From Tubiluchus corallicola (taxonomy: Eukaryota > Animalia > Priapulida), in assembly GCA_030141605.1 (NCBI GenBank), contig JAQGDQ010000927.1:15850-79849 (forward strand): 64,000 nucleotides of DNA, read 5' to 3'. Each line of letters starts with the position of its first letter. The first letter of the stretch is position 1. This document shows positions 27,505-41,214 of this stretch, piece by piece. The notes beneath the pieces were generated by a model that ran no database searches, was not told the DNA's origin, and saw only the letters and a list, made by a program, of their open reading frames with translations. A program made the translations under genes and the position numbers.

Positions 27505-27780
27505 CTTCAGTTATATAAAAATGGACGCTGTAACTGATTACGGTGTGTTGTAAAATAAGCGCTTTACGTAATATATACAGTTCCATTATATATATATATA
27601 TATATATATATAGTTCCGTTATATAAAAGTGGATGCTGTAACTGATTGTGGTGTTGTGAAATAAGCGCTTTACGTAATATATACAGTTCTATTGTATACG
27701 CTTTATATACGGTTCCATTATATAAAAATGGGCCCTGTAACTGATTGTGGTGTGTTGTAAAATAAGCGCTTTACGTAAAT
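27505..27780. repeat. Three-copy degenerate tandem repeat with a (TA)n expansion
   Basis: ctgtaactgatt..ggtg..ttgt.aaataagcgctttacgtaa repeated three times. Confidence 0.8.
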
Positions 27781-28259
27781 ATTAAAGGTCACACGTATTT
27801 TGCGAGTAGAATTTTTTGACACTGAACTTCTTAAATCAGGCGCCCCTGAAAATTTGCCATCAAAGATTGCAGCCTAGCTAGCCTGTTGGAAATGCGTCTC
27901 GGCTAATTGTGAGAGTGTTATCGAATTTATTTTAACCCAGAGATTTTCAATGTCAGTTAGTTTTGCGATGACTAGTTGTTTTTAAAGTAGCCATTTACAT
28001 TTTTATCCTCTTGGTGGTAAGAACAAAGTTGGCTGACCTTGGCTGACCTTAATCAATATTTGTAAACTTCGCTTACTGATAACGGAAATGAACCCCCGGG
28101 GGGACAAGTTGAATGAATGTCGATGCTAAACGTGATAACGAGACAGAAAGTGTGAAAAAACAGTTCGGTTAATACTGAATTTGAACTCCGGACATTTGGA
28201 TTGCAGATCCACATATCTTACATGTTTCAAGTGTTAATCTTGATAATTTTGATGCGTTA

Positions 28260-28657
28260 GTATTAAGTATTTTCACCGTTCGAGCGATTGATGATGATCG
28301 TGGAAAAGTCAGAGGTTAAGTGTACCAGACAACGCTTTTGTGTACACTTGACGACGCCTCGCAGCTCATCCTGTTATAATACTAACAGTTTTAACATCTA
28401 GCTAGAACCTTACCTAGTTCATTTTTTCATGTTCCCAAGCGAGATCCTGCTAGTAAATCACTCTAAGCACAGACTAATACATAATTAAGTAAAGCCCATG
28501 TAAAATAACTGAAGTTACTGAACTGATGCGGCAGACGGTTTTGCTTTACACACATGTCACGTGTCGGTTGTAGTTAATACGCATTGCAGTGGTGCACTTA
28601 ACTATTGACCTACAGAAGCTGCGCGTGCGCACAATGAAACTGTGAAAAGACTTATTA
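28260..28657 (+). mobile_element. Unclassified MITE, family E (copies at 59104-59496, 61469-61846; inverted end fragment ~52495-52565)
   Basis: Shared core gttcccaagc..gatcctgctagtaaatcactctaagcacagactaa; TAATAAG...CTTATTA termini. Confidence 0.8.
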
Positions 28658-28986
28658 ACATTTAATTATTTTTATAATTAATTTAAAAATAGAATAATTG
28701 CTTAATAATTAGGCGTGAACTCCCGAATCGGAACGAAGCCAAAAAGTCAAAAACAACTGCTGTTGCTGGGCTTCAGTATGTGTTGTCATGATTTATTGGC
28801 TTGTCAGCATTAGTCCTGTAAATGCTGTGGATTAGTATTCCTATTGGACTTAAAACCAGGACTGCAAAATAACTGAGAATATTAGTTGGTGATTAGTAAA
28901 GCTGTTAACATTTCTTACTAGCAAGCTATTCCGTTATTTGTGTAGATGTTGTTATTCTAGCTATTGTCAATGATATGTAAATTTAA

Positions 28987-29447
28987 AGGAAAACCGGATG
29001 ATTACGCACTTCAAAATAAAGAATGCTCTAAAATATTGAAAACTAAATACTGAAAGCTTGGATTAAATAATAATCATCTCGGATTAAATTTTGTTAGTCC
29101 CACTAACAATGGCGCCTTTTTGCCACATTCACGTGGACGACAAATAGGTGCGGCACCGTGATAAGCATGATCATGAACTGCAGTGTTCGTCTGTGACGTC
29201 AGTGTGACGTAGAGGTCATTTTTATAACATCACATCAGCATCTTATTACAATCTTCGCTTACGTAAGATGCCTACCATTGCGCAAACTGTGGTTAGTTTG
29301 TGACGTAAACGATTGCTGTGTTCGGTTGCTGTTAAAATTTAAGCTTTGTAGACAGTTGTGACAAATTTGTTTGTTATATTTTTCAACAGTAAGTTTGAGT
29401 GACAACAGTAAAATAAACCCAGCATGCTGAGTGACCTGTTCTTTGCT
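28987..29447 (+). mobile_element. Kolobok-like element, family C body with family-B right terminus
   Basis: TTAA|AGGAAAACCGG ... GTTCTTTGCT|TTAA; body matches 56036-56538. Confidence 0.75.
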
Positions 29448-30091
29448 TTAATTTTGTTATCATTGTAATTGGCACCATGAAAGTTCATCAGATGCTCGGA
29501 TGCTGGGCGCTGAAAAGCATCCAGTCAGCGTCCATTAATTTCCCCATTGCATAATCAATACGGTCACCTTTATTAACCTTCCAGCACTAGTTTTCAGCAA
29601 GCAAAATCCTAATCTCTACAGACAGGCTGTATATTTGCTATTCGCCTTTAAATCTTGGCTGAGCTGAAACACGTGCAAACATTCTGGTCACGCATGCTGC
29701 CGTCCAGAGGGCAGTCATGAATAACTGGCTTTTATTAATTATGCCTTTCATTGCTGGTAATTAAAGTGAAACAGCCATCGCCTCTGTATTGCAATTCTTA
29801 ATGCAGTTAGTGTGCAGCACAATCGTAATTGCTGTGAAACCATTCTCTCTTCTAATGATATAAAGGTAGTAGTGTAGTTGTTGTAGTATGTAGTACGCCC
29901 TAAGTGAAGTCCTACTTGCCATCTTTGAAGAAGCATATGTCCGCTTCAGCTCAAGATTAGAAATTTTATGAATTCTTGATTATTGCAATTTAATTCAGTT
30001 CAATTTTTGTTATCGTTTTAGAATAGTTGCAAGAATTCATCTTTTAGTTCGGCATTGAAAATTTTTATATAATATGCTAAAATAATTGCTT

Positions 30092-30445
30092 AATATAATG
30101 TAATGTAGTGTAATGTAATATAATATAATATAATATAATATAATATAATATAATATAATATAATATAATATAATATAATATAATATAATATAATATAATA
30201 TAATATAATATAATATAACATAACATAACATAACATAACATAACATAACATAACATAACATAACATAACATAACATAACATAACATAACATAACATAACA
30301 TAACATAACATAACATAATACAATATAATTTATATTATAATATAATATGATATGACATGACACAACACGACATAACATAATATAATATATCACAATACAA
30401 TACAATGCAATACAATACAACACAACACAACATAACATAATATAT
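30092..30445. repeat. Pentanucleotide microsatellite (TAATA)n/(TAACA)n
   Basis: Direct reading. Confidence 0.97.
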
Positions 30446-31249
30446 TAACGTAATATATAAAACACTAAATATAATTTAAATTTGTATACTGCATAACAAA
30501 TAGATTCTATACATCTTAAAAACAATCATTTTTACCACTTTCTTCACGAAATAATATAATTTTGCATCATGTCAGAAAATGTAATAAGTACGAGGCGACA
30601 ATGTGCAGCTGTAGAAAAACGCTGTGAGTTAACAGATACTTGAGAGACTGAAACGTTGTGAGCGGTAGTGGTCTAAGATGTTTGCAGGTCTAACACACCA
30701 CAAGTAGTTTTGCGAAACATTTGCAAATTTAGTACGTCTGTATGTGTTTTGTGAAAATCAACTTTTCAGAAATAGAAGTTTTTTCTACATAAAGAAACAA
30801 CTACAACCTTTTTACTCCTGCACCCTGAATCAGTGAATTCATTCCGCTAAAGAAGAAACTTATTATTTCTATCTATGGACAGGAAACTGGTGTCTAAATC
30901 AATATGTAAGGTTATACGAGCCTGTAAACTCACATTATATTGACACTGCCGACTGAAATGTCATGGGAGGTCCATTTGCCACCAGATGGCGTGTTAGTAG
31001 AGGCGCATTTAATCAATAAAAGAATAAAACCACTCCTATTATTACCACACATCCTCTGACACGGATATGATCGAATCGGTTCGCAAGCTTCATGCATAAT
31101 TTAGTAAGTGTGTCGTGTTCCCTTCCCGTCATTCCTCTGTCACTACCACATTGTTGTAGTAACGCAACGTTTGTTCAGCTGTCAGCAACTGCAACATTAA
31201 TTATTCCTGTCTAATGGAAACCCTCTTTAACGCGAAAATAACCTACTTG

Positions 31250-31597
31250 AGAAAATAGTGTTGCCTTGAGTAAGTATGGCGGGTGTGTCAGGAAATAGTG
31301 TTGCCTTGAGTAAGTATGGCGGCTGTGTCAGGAAATAGTGTTGCCTTGAGTAAGTGTGGCGGCTGTGTCGGGAAATAGTGTAGCTTTGAGTAAGTGTGGC
31401 GGCTGTGTCAGGAAATAGTGTTGCCTTGAGTAAGTATGGCGGCTGTGTCAGGAAATAGTGTTGCATTGAGTAAGTATGGCGGCTGTGTCAGGAAATAGTG
31501 TTGCTTTGAGTAAGTGTGGCGGCTGTGTCAGGAAATAGTGTTGCCTTGAGTAAGTATGGCGGCTGTGCCAGGAAATAGTGTTGCCTTGAGTAAGTAT
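31250..31597. repeat. Minisatellite, 40-bp unit, ~8.5 copies
   Basis: ggaaatagtgttgccttgagtaagtatggcggctgtgtca repeated. Confidence 0.95.
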
Positions 31598-31790
31598 TTT
31601 TGCACAATATTGACTTTAGTTTGAAAACTACGTACTGGAATTTTTGCGCAATCTTGGCTTTAGTTTGAAAGCTACGTATTGAAGTTTTTGTGCAATCTTG
31701 ACTTTACTTTGAAACTTACGTACTGAAGCTTTTGTGCAATCTTGACTTTAGTTTGAAAGCTACGTATTGAAGTTTTTGTGCAATCTTGAC
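31598..31790. repeat. Minisatellite, ~43-bp unit, ~4.5 copies
   Basis: tttttgtgcaatcttgactttagtttgaaagctacgtattgaag repeated. Confidence 0.88.
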
Positions 31791-32645
31791 ATTAACATTA
31801 ATTTCACATTTGTATATGCAATGTTTTTACGAAACCTTTGCAAGTATTACGAAGTATCTTTCATATACCTGGGCTGCTAATATTTTGAATTATTGCACAA
31901 GTAACAGTAGAATGTCGATTATTCGTCTAAATCTACAGCAGTGACGTAATTCATCTTTACAACAATAAACTGCTGCGCAGCAAAGACTAAACACACAAGG
32001 TAAAAGGCACAGAACGCGAAGCCATTTAAAAGACTATCTACCTTCTTATTTTGTTATGGCAGGTTGCCTTGACGACCAGGCGCATCTCCAGCATCCTGCT
32101 GCATGCATGGAGTGTTGAGATGTTTTGTTTGTAAGGGTTTTTTGAAAGGATTTTGTTGGCCTGCTCAACAACAAGAACGGTGCAATGATGAACGCTTGAC
32201 GAACTTGAGAACTCAAAACTGCAACCTCTTTCCGTCCTTCAAGTTCTGAAGAAAAATGTGCAAAATAACACTTCACATCTCTTCCTCCTGCAACTGTTGC
32301 ATTTAGATGAGCTGAGAAGCCATTTTACATCCTATTGTATATACATGATAGGCTTCATCCTGTAAGAAAAATGACTTCAAGAAAAGTGTCTTGTGTTTGT
32401 GATGTTTAGGTTCAATTTAGTGCCTGGCTTCCTGTTATGATCAATGACGGATTCTTAATTAATTTCAAAAAATATTAAAAGCTCACATCCTCATCCTCCG
32501 ATGTTTTCTGCTGAGACGAGGATTAAATTTTATAGTGTAAATCGACACTGTAAATCAATAATGGGGTCATTAAATTTTGATGCCACAATTCATGAATATT
32601 CAGTTTTTCACTGTGTTGAGAGAATGAGAACATTCAAGGTATTAA

Positions 32646-33111
32646 AGGGAAGGACAAGGAAATTTAAAACTACATCCCAAACATATTACTTTCTTCATAC
32701 ATTTTCCATACATATTAGTTTGCTTCACGCTTACTTGTTTGATACACTTGTGTAACTGAAGGAGAAAATTCTGGATAATTTAAAATGCTCGCGCCAACTG
32801 GTAAAACGTCAATGCATCGCCATCCCAGTGTGCACCACTGATTCACCAAAAAACTAACCTTCGTTCTCATTGAGAAGTTTAATTAGGGAACGGTCCGCAA
32901 TTAATGCTCTAGCTTTTTTCAAACTTAATCTAAACATGTTTCTGATGACTTGCTAAAATGTCTGCGTTTAATGGTCATCGCGAGAGTTTAAATTTGCAAG
33001 TTTTATACAGGGTTGTTACTAACGCAAGCTCTATGTGCAATAAGATGTAAGTGATACAAAATTGCAAGGAGGATTTTTAAGCTGTATTTATGAAGCGCGT
33101 TTTCTTGTGCT
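32646..33111 (+). mobile_element. Kolobok-like element, family D (related copy 53029-53437)
   Basis: TTAA|AG...CT|TTAA ends; shared tcccagtgtgcaccactgattcac and agctct.t.tgcaataag. Confidence 0.6.
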
Positions 33112-33706
33112 TTAAGCTCTTTTATTATTATTTGCACATTGTCTTTTACCATGTTCTCATTCAACATAAATTCAAACTGTCTTCAGTCGTCTCTTCCTCT
33201 TGAACATCAAGCAGATCTTTTCTTTACCACTAACAATTTTGTGTTTCTATGAGTTCTATTTCGCTCATATATTCCTACCTTCACTGTTTTTTTGCTGCAC
33301 CGTTTTTGCTGACTATTCACGTTGTCTGGGCGTTTTGTATAAAAAATATATTACAAGTTTGAAGACCATCTTACGTGTACAGTTATGTATACAACTTAAC
33401 ATGATAAGAGTGTATTTTGATTATAACGTCTCGTGCACATTTCAAGATGAGCTGGAAGCACTTAGCACTTCCGGTTCTCACAGCTGCCATAAAAACAGTC
33501 TGTTTTGTCAATAATAATGTCATTGACCGCCGAATGGGCAACAAAATCAAAGATGCCGTTTGCGTTGGTTTTCCAAACTGGTGATTTGCAATATAATGGA
33601 TTTTGTAAGTTGTACAAACAATACTATCGGCTATTTTTGTCTCTCAAAAGTTTGGACTCTGTAGCAAGAGTTTAATGTAATAAGTGAAAGAAATGCGTGC
33701 AGTTCA

Positions 33707-34846
33707 TAGTCATGTACGGGGCGTACCTCAAGGTTGACTTCTTGCACCCGTTTCATTGCGTATACCTATAAAATACGAGCTGTCGTGATGCAACAAAGGC
33801 ATAGTCATGTACGGAGAGTACCTCAAGGTTGACTTCTTGCACCCGTTTCATTGCGTATACCTATAAAATACGAGCTGTCGTGATGCAACAAAGGCATAGT
33901 CATGTACGGAGAGTACCTCAAGGTTGGCTTCTTGCACCCGTTTCATTGCGTATACCTATAAAATACGAGCTGCCGTGATGCAACAAAAGCTTAGTCATGT
34001 ACGGAGAATACCTCAATGTTGACTTCTTGCACCCGTTTTATTAGGTATACCTATAAAATACGAGCTGTCGTGATGCAGCAAAAGCTTAGTCATGTACGGG
34101 GAGTACCTCAATGTTGACTTCTTGCACCCGTTTTATTAGGTATACATATAAAGTACGAGCTGCCGTGATGCAACAAAAGCTTAGTCATGTACGGGGAGTA
34201 CCTCAATGTTGACTTCTTGCACCCGTTTTATTAGGTATACATATAAAGTACGAGCTGCCGTGATGCAACAAAAGCTTAGTCATGTACGGGGAGTACCTCA
34301 ATGTTGACTTCTTACACCCGTTTTATTAGGTATACATATAAAGTACGAGCTGCCGTGATGCAACAAAAGCTTAGTCATGTACGGGGAGTACCTCAATGTT
34401 GACTTCTTACACCCGTTTTATTAGGTATACATATAAAGTACGAGCTGCCGTGATGCAACAAAAGCTTAATCATGTACGGGAGTACCTCAAGGTTGACTTC
34501 TTGCACCCGTTTTATTAGGTATACATATAAAGTACGAGCTGCCGTGATGCAACAAAAGCTTAGTCATGTACGGGGAATACCTCAATGTTGACTTCTTACA
34601 CCCGTTTTTTTAGGTATACATATAAAGTACGAGCTGCCGTGATGCAACAAAAGCTTAGTCATGTACGGGGAGTACCTCAATGTTGACTTCTTGCACCCGT
34701 TTTATTAGGTATACATATGAAGTACGAGCTGCCGTGATGCAACAAAAGCTTAATCGTGTACGGGGAGTACCTCAAGGTTGACTTCTTGCACCTGTTTTAT
34801 TACGTATACATATAAAATACGAGCTGCCGTAATGCAACAAAAGCTT
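33707..34846. repeat. Satellite, 95-bp unit, ~12 copies
   Basis: tagtcatgtacggggagtacctcaa.gttgacttcttgcacccg... period 33707 to 33802. Confidence 0.96.
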
Positions 34847-35299
34847 TCTGGAATTACATAATGCTGACGTGTGTTGGCAATTTGAATCTCATTTAAAAAT
34901 ATAATGAAAAGGTACAGAAGTTGTATTTTGAACACACCTGTTCATATTTTTTAAAGTTGAGCTCCGAGAAGTGTATTCCAATTCAGTTTAATTTTATTTT
35001 CTTTTATGTTGGTGTTAACTGATCAGTAAATAGCCTGCAGTGTTTGAGGACAATGAACTCAAATAATTCAAGAATATTTCTGTTTCTTCCTCAACGTTTC
35101 ATCCAACTTTTTCATACGTGAATCAGCTGGAAGCACGAGTCTTTCCATGTTATCATGGCTTCACTTATTTGGGGTAATGAGTGTCTAACAGACTAATAAT
35201 TACCAGGAAAAATGTGAACTAATTTTGTCTCGCGAGTTTCGTGCGTGTAGTTAAGTGGCTGTCTGGCTATAGGTAATCGATAAAATAAAACGTAAATGT

Positions 35300-35705
35300 G
35301 AGAAAAGCGAAGCGAACAGGAAAGAGAGAAGAAAGAGAAGGAAGAGAGGAACTGAAAGAATGGGGAAAATAAGAAAAGGAGAGAAAAGTGTGAGGACTGA
35401 AAGGAGGACAGGAGAGAGACAATGAGAAATATTGAAAGAACACAGAAGAGAAGGCAGAAGAAGGGGGAAAGAGAGTAACAGGGAGGGAGGGAGGGAGGAA
35501 GGGAGGAAAAGAGAGTGAGTGTGCGAGTGAGTGAGAGGGGAAGAGAGCACAGGAGAGCAAAAGAAGAGGCGAAAGAATTCAAATTTCAAATTTATTCAAC
35601 TCTCTATTACTCTTTTGGGAGGAAGAAACATTACAGCCCTTAGGAGAGAGAAAAAGAAGAGGAGAGGGGAAGAAGTAGAGGAAGAAAGGCGAATAAGAAA
35701 CAAGA
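35300..35705. repeat. Purine-rich low-complexity tract
   Basis: GA-rich strand asymmetry. Confidence 0.85.
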
Positions 35706-35849
35706 AAATAATTACAAAAAACTAACAGAGATTTAATTACAAAGAAGAGAATGGAAACTGAAAGTTCCTTCCGTCATTAAGAACTATACTATACTATATT
35801 GTAAGATTAGATTAGATTAGATTAAATTAGAGTAGATTAGATTATTATT

Positions 35850-36430
35850 TTATTTCAATAGTTAGACCATAAATTACATAAAAACGCTCACAATTACAAA
35901 TACATTTACATTTATAACTACAAAAAACATTTAAAACTACAATCATTAAGAAATAACAAAAGTACTACAATTACAGACATGAAACAATTCATTCAGTAAC
36001 GTGAATCATTTTTGCTTTCATTTTAACCCTGCGGTCTTGTTTCAATTATCCACAGCTAAACAATGTCAAATATTACAGTTCTTTTAGATTGTGTTTAAAT
36101 ATTTGAGAGTGAAAATAGATATCTGAGTTCGAAATACATTTTACATAGAAGTCTTGAGAATTTTGTAGCCTAACAGATTGAGCTGATAGTTTAACTATAA
36201 CATGAAAATTAAGGGACTTCGTCATCTAAGCACATTTATCTAGCACTGCAATCATACTAAAATGAGAATACTTTACTAATATATTCGTTATAAGTAAGTT
36301 TAAGGTTCCTGTAAGCATAGAGAAAGAAATTTCTCCATTTTGATATTACATGGATAGAAGTACAGTAGGTTTTGAAAAGTAAAATTTCAAGTTGCGAATA
36401 ATCATATTTGCTCTAAGAAAGAGGAAGGTA
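35850..36430 (-). mobile_element. Highly decayed non-LTR retrotransposon 3' fragment
   Basis: Reverse strand encodes LRANMIIRN... and LLFKTYCTSIH, resembling RT C-terminal motifs; clade not assigned. Confidence 0.45.
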
Positions 36431-36999
36431 TTTGCAACATCAGTTCAATTCAGTGAAGATATTTATTAGACTATATGGCTTCCTAATAATATGGCTTCCT
36501 AATAATATACCATTAATCGAATCGGATAGCAAACCAATGTCACAAAACCTGCAAGCGCTGAACTTATAAAAATTCTCTACGTGACCGTCGTAACTTTATT
36601 ACCGAATTTCTATGAAACGTCATCCCCCCGGCTTCGAGAAGCCATCTCCCTAGCTTCGAGAAACCATCTCCCTGGCTTCAAGGAGATCAGCGCGCGCTAC
36701 TCAAAGATTTTGCTTGCATGATAATGGCATTGTGTGGCCGCTAACATGTAAGCAATAAAACTCAGCAAATATGACGTCATCGCGGCAGCTGTGGCTGTCA
36801 TTGAGCAGCAGCTGCAGTTTTTATCATTTCAATTTTCGCAGTAGCGCAACGGCTTCCCGCATATATATGTCCTTCCCGGGAAGAGATTATTTTCAGGAAG
36901 CAAGGTAATCGCTAGTGGGAAATATTCGCTAATAATGTCCTGCTTCCGTCTTGTCGTTCTATTATCCTTTTTTCGATTGAATGTGTCTGTTGGTTCAGT

Positions 37000-37543
37000 T
37001 GACTGAGTATGTTGGGTTTTTTGTCTGTTATCACTTAAACTTAGAAAAATGTAACAAAGAAATTTGGGGGACAACTTTCTGTAAAGCATAGAATTAAAAT
37101 AAACTACACCTGAATAGAAATTTTCACGTGGGTGGTTGAGGTCATTTACTTGAAAATCATGACGTAACTGGGAGACTTCGTGAATTTTCGTAAACGCATC
37201 GTGACTTTCCGTAAACGCCCGCTGCTTAAATTAATTCAAACTTCTGCACTTTACCTAATGTTCACGCAAAAATATTACAAAATTGGTTATCTAATTTTTT
37301 TGCAAAAACTCATTATACTTTTGACGAAGATCGACAGTGCGCTACTTCTCTTCGGGACGAATGACATCATTGGAAGAAGAATGGACATTGAAAATGGGAA
37401 TGTCCAAGCATGAAGTGATCGCGGTTTCAAATTGATTTTACTAGTTACACGAGGCGCTTATTGCAGTTTTATTATTAAATCCTTCTAGCATTTTTCTTGA
37501 GCATTGAAATAAGCATAACCTCCTAGATAGCTTGACCTTTCCT
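37000..37543 (-). mobile_element. Kolobok-like family B copy (inverted relative to 14902-15443)
   Basis: Ends cctcctagatagcttgacctttcct|ttaa; interior is the reverse complement of 14902-15420. Confidence 0.78.
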
Positions 37544-37834
37544 TTAATAAATTTTTGAGATTTAATAACTTCGTCTGTGCAGTTATAAAGGATGTTTAAT
37601 AAGAGGCGAAAGGTGAAGATGTACAAGAGCTCGCAGCTTCTTTTAGTTAAACCCTTGACACGTTTATTGTATTTGGTGCAAAAATAGACAAACTCATGCT
37701 GTTTATACGAATTTGATAGTAGCGCCAGCTGCTGTTGGGATAATTAAACAGAATCTGTTGATGTGTCCCGCGTTGTAGTTGATTGTAAGCCTAATTTTAT
37801 AGAGTTGAAGCAAAACAGGACGATTTTTCAAGGG

Positions 37835-38475
37835 GTAGAACGATTTTTTCATATCCTACCCCATTTTAAAGTACGGTAAAATGTATTCGTACTTAAATAA
37901 TAGATTAAAAACTTATACTAATACAATTAATACTGGAAAAGCGTTTCTATATTAACAATGTAGATCGCACAAAAGCAATCTATATTGTTAATATAGATTA
38001 ACAATATTAATGTATTGTTAAATAATAGATTAAAAACTTAATTAATAGCGGGCGAGCCCAACTATTGATGACGTCACAAACTAACATAATTTTCTACGGC
38101 AAAAATTCCACGAGCGTATTGCACGTGTTTGCAAATGCGAAAATTGAAGTACAGTTCTACTGTAAGATATTCAATGTGTTGTGTTAAAACTGGGCAACTT
38201 TTTAAGATTAAAATTTAAATTTTTTTTATCGCTGTGCTCACGCATGAGCTGTCGACGTGTGTAGTTCGTCACAATGAAATACCTCTGAACTGAGAAGTAC
38301 GGCACCTGTTTCCGAAATGCAGACGCTAGTGGCCATCTAACTAACAAATGGCGACATTCACATAACAGTAACACGAAATTACTTTCACGTAAGTCATTTT
38401 TGACAAACTAGTATGTTCCCTTTTAATATTTTAAAGAGTAGATTGTTTTGACCTACGATTGAATCCAGTTTTGCT
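37835..38475 (-). mobile_element. Kolobok-like family A copy, internally rearranged
   Basis: Matches 46558-47176; ends ttttgct|ttaa. Confidence 0.78.
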
Positions 38476-39118
38476 TTAAGATAAGTTTATTAGTGACAAC
38501 ACGTGGACATGTAATTTAGACATTACAATTCGTTGGCATGGAAACAATTATCAACATCCAAACTTCATTTAGCATCATCATACACGGGGCAGAGTTATGA
38601 TATCTTTTAGGGGAATGTGTTATTGAAATTATGGGCCCCCCTCATCAGACAGAGCCACCCTCTAACTTGCCCGCCCCCGTCTTGAATATTTTTATCCGTG
38701 ATGTTTCTTAGCGACATTCACACGGTTTGAAGTAAACTTATTGCAAATGCTTGAAATAAACTAGAGTAGCTGTCTTTTGTTTGTCAATAAAAATAATCTT
38801 TCCGAAATACCAATATTTAACTATTTATTGCAAACCAAATCAGCACGTATTTGATATTTCAACACAATCGTAATACTATCAAATGTTAATAAAGTTTGAA
38901 AGTCTCCCAAACTCAAGACCCTCTAAGCTGCAGCTTATACTAGCTCATACTAGAATGATCTGGCCTTGATCACTCATTTTACATAAAAAATACATTCAGG
39001 GATGAGATATTAGTGCGAGTGCATCAGTACATGAATTGTAAGTTAGCTTATTAAGTACCTCTTACCTGGCTGTTCTATCATTTCATTACGGGTCAATGGA
39101 AAATTAACATTCCTGTAA

Positions 39119-39727
39119 AGCAAAATCAGACCCAATCTTAAACTGTAGGTCAAAATAATCTACTCCTTAAAATACTGAAAGGAAACGTACTGTTTCTTCC
39201 AGTATGATTTACGTGAAAGAATTATTACCACACAAACACAATTTCACGTTCGCGCCACTAGTTCTTCACTGTTACATACATTTCGCCATTCTCTGGTTAG
39301 ACACGCACTAGCGACTGCATTTCGGAAACGCATTGCACAAAAACAGGTGCTGTATCTTTCAGTTCAGAGGTGTTCGTTTGTGACGAACTACACACGCTCG
39401 ACACCTTATGCGTGACGACAGCGTTAAATTTGACATTCGAATTTTTATCTCAAAACTTGCCTAGTTTTAGTACAACACACTGAATATCTTACAGTAGCAC
39501 TGTACTTCAATTTTCTCTTTCACAAACACGTGCAATACACTTGTGGAATAGTTTTGATATTGAAAATTATGCTAGTTTGTGATGTCATCAATTGTTGGGC
39601 TCACCAGCCCTTAATTAAGTTTTTAATGTATTAATTAATTATCAGAAACGCTTTTGCAGTATTAATTGTGCTAAAATGTATCGTACTTGAAAATGGGGTA
39701 ATGTATGAAAAATCACTCTGTCTTCCT
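39119..39727 (+). mobile_element. Kolobok-like family A copy (609 bp)
   Basis: gtaa|AGCAAAATC ... CTCTGTCTTCCT|TTAA; reverse complement of 46558-47176. Confidence 0.82.
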
Positions 39728-40347
39728 TTAAGTATGTATCACCTAGCTGTACTATAATTTCATTAATGAAAAGAAACTAACATTCTTTTGAGGCCTGTTT
39801 TTCTTTTAAAGTTCACAAGTTTGCTTTATTAAAGCATTTTTAGTACAAACAGTGATATACTTTGATAAACAACAGAAATTTGTGGTTATTAGTGTTTTGT
39901 AAGAATTTGAATTTAGCCTCATCATTAACTGATATAAAGGCAGAATTGAAGATCTGAATTTTATCAAGGCGGATCTGTTTCGTAACATCGTAACATGAAC
40001 GATGGTTGAACGTCACTGAGCAATTTTGAATGCTGCGCGTTTAGTTGCGTGCATGTGATGTTGTGTGCGTGCGTGCGTGCGCGCGTGCGCGTTGCGTGAC
40101 GTTAAACTATCTGTGCGTGATAGATTTCAAACAGGAACTTTGGGGGCGCTCGAGTCGCGGAAACAACTTTCAGATCCGCCCCATTTCGGCTTTTGTCAAG
40201 AAATTGCACGTCTTTCTTATTAGGAATTTGTATAATTTACCATGTTGAGTCAGTCTTGATTGATTTGCCAACACTTGCAAGAGAGAGATGACTGATGCTG
40301 CACCATTTTGTGTTTTTCTGCTTTCATCAGAGTTACAAGATTTGATA

Positions 40348-41072
40348 AAGCCGTAATAGTGGCACTGACCTTGGACATGACGTCAGCAAAGCCGTGATAG
40401 TGGCACTGACCTTGGACACATGACGTCAGCAAACGTGATAGTGGCACTGACCTTGGACACATGACGTGATAGTGGCACTGACCTTGGACACATTGCGTGA
40501 TAGTGGCACTGACCTTGGACACATGACGTGATAGTGGCACTGACCTTGGACACATGGCGTGATAGTGGCACTGACCTTGGACACATTGCGTGATAGTGGC
40601 ACTGACCTTGGACACATAACGTCAGCAAAACCGTGATAGTGGCACTGACCTTGGACACATGACGTCAGCAAAGCCGTGATAGTGGCACTGACCTTGGACA
40701 CATGGCGTGATAGTGGCACTGACCTTGGACACATTGCGTGATAGTGGCACTGACCTCGGACACATAACGTCAGGAAAACCGTGATAGTGGCACTGACCTT
40801 GGACACATGACGTCAGCAAAGCCGTGATAGTGGCACTGACCGTGGACACATGACGTCAGCAAAGTCGTGATAGTAACACTGACCTTGGACACATGACGTC
40901 AGCAAAGACGTCATAGTGGCACTGACTTTGGACCATTACGTCAGCAAAACCGTGATAGTGGCACTGACCTTGGACACATGACGTCAGCAAAGCCGTGATA
41001 GTGACACTGACCTTGGACACATGACGTCAGCAAAGACGTGATAGTGGCACTGACCTTGGACACATGACGTCT
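40348..41072. repeat. Composite minisatellite of 31-bp and 43-bp units
   Basis: cgtgatagtggcactgaccttggacacatga with or without cgtcagcaaagc. Confidence 0.95.
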
Positions 41073-41214
41073 TCCTTTACTAAAATCTAAGGACGCGGAT
41101 GCGATACGTTTTGCACACTGTTCAAATAATGGCTAAATATATTACACGTGGAGAGATTCTGCGAAGAGAGCCTCTCTTCTCTGTGCACGTAAGACTCCGG
41201 CTGGCGAGAGTTGT

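Noticed and set aside
32040-32370. Minus-strand exon-like stretch with cttacag acceptor and a 76-aa ORF
   Set aside because: No recognisable domain and stops in the acceptor-proximal frame; could be a decayed TE or non-coding exon but unsupported
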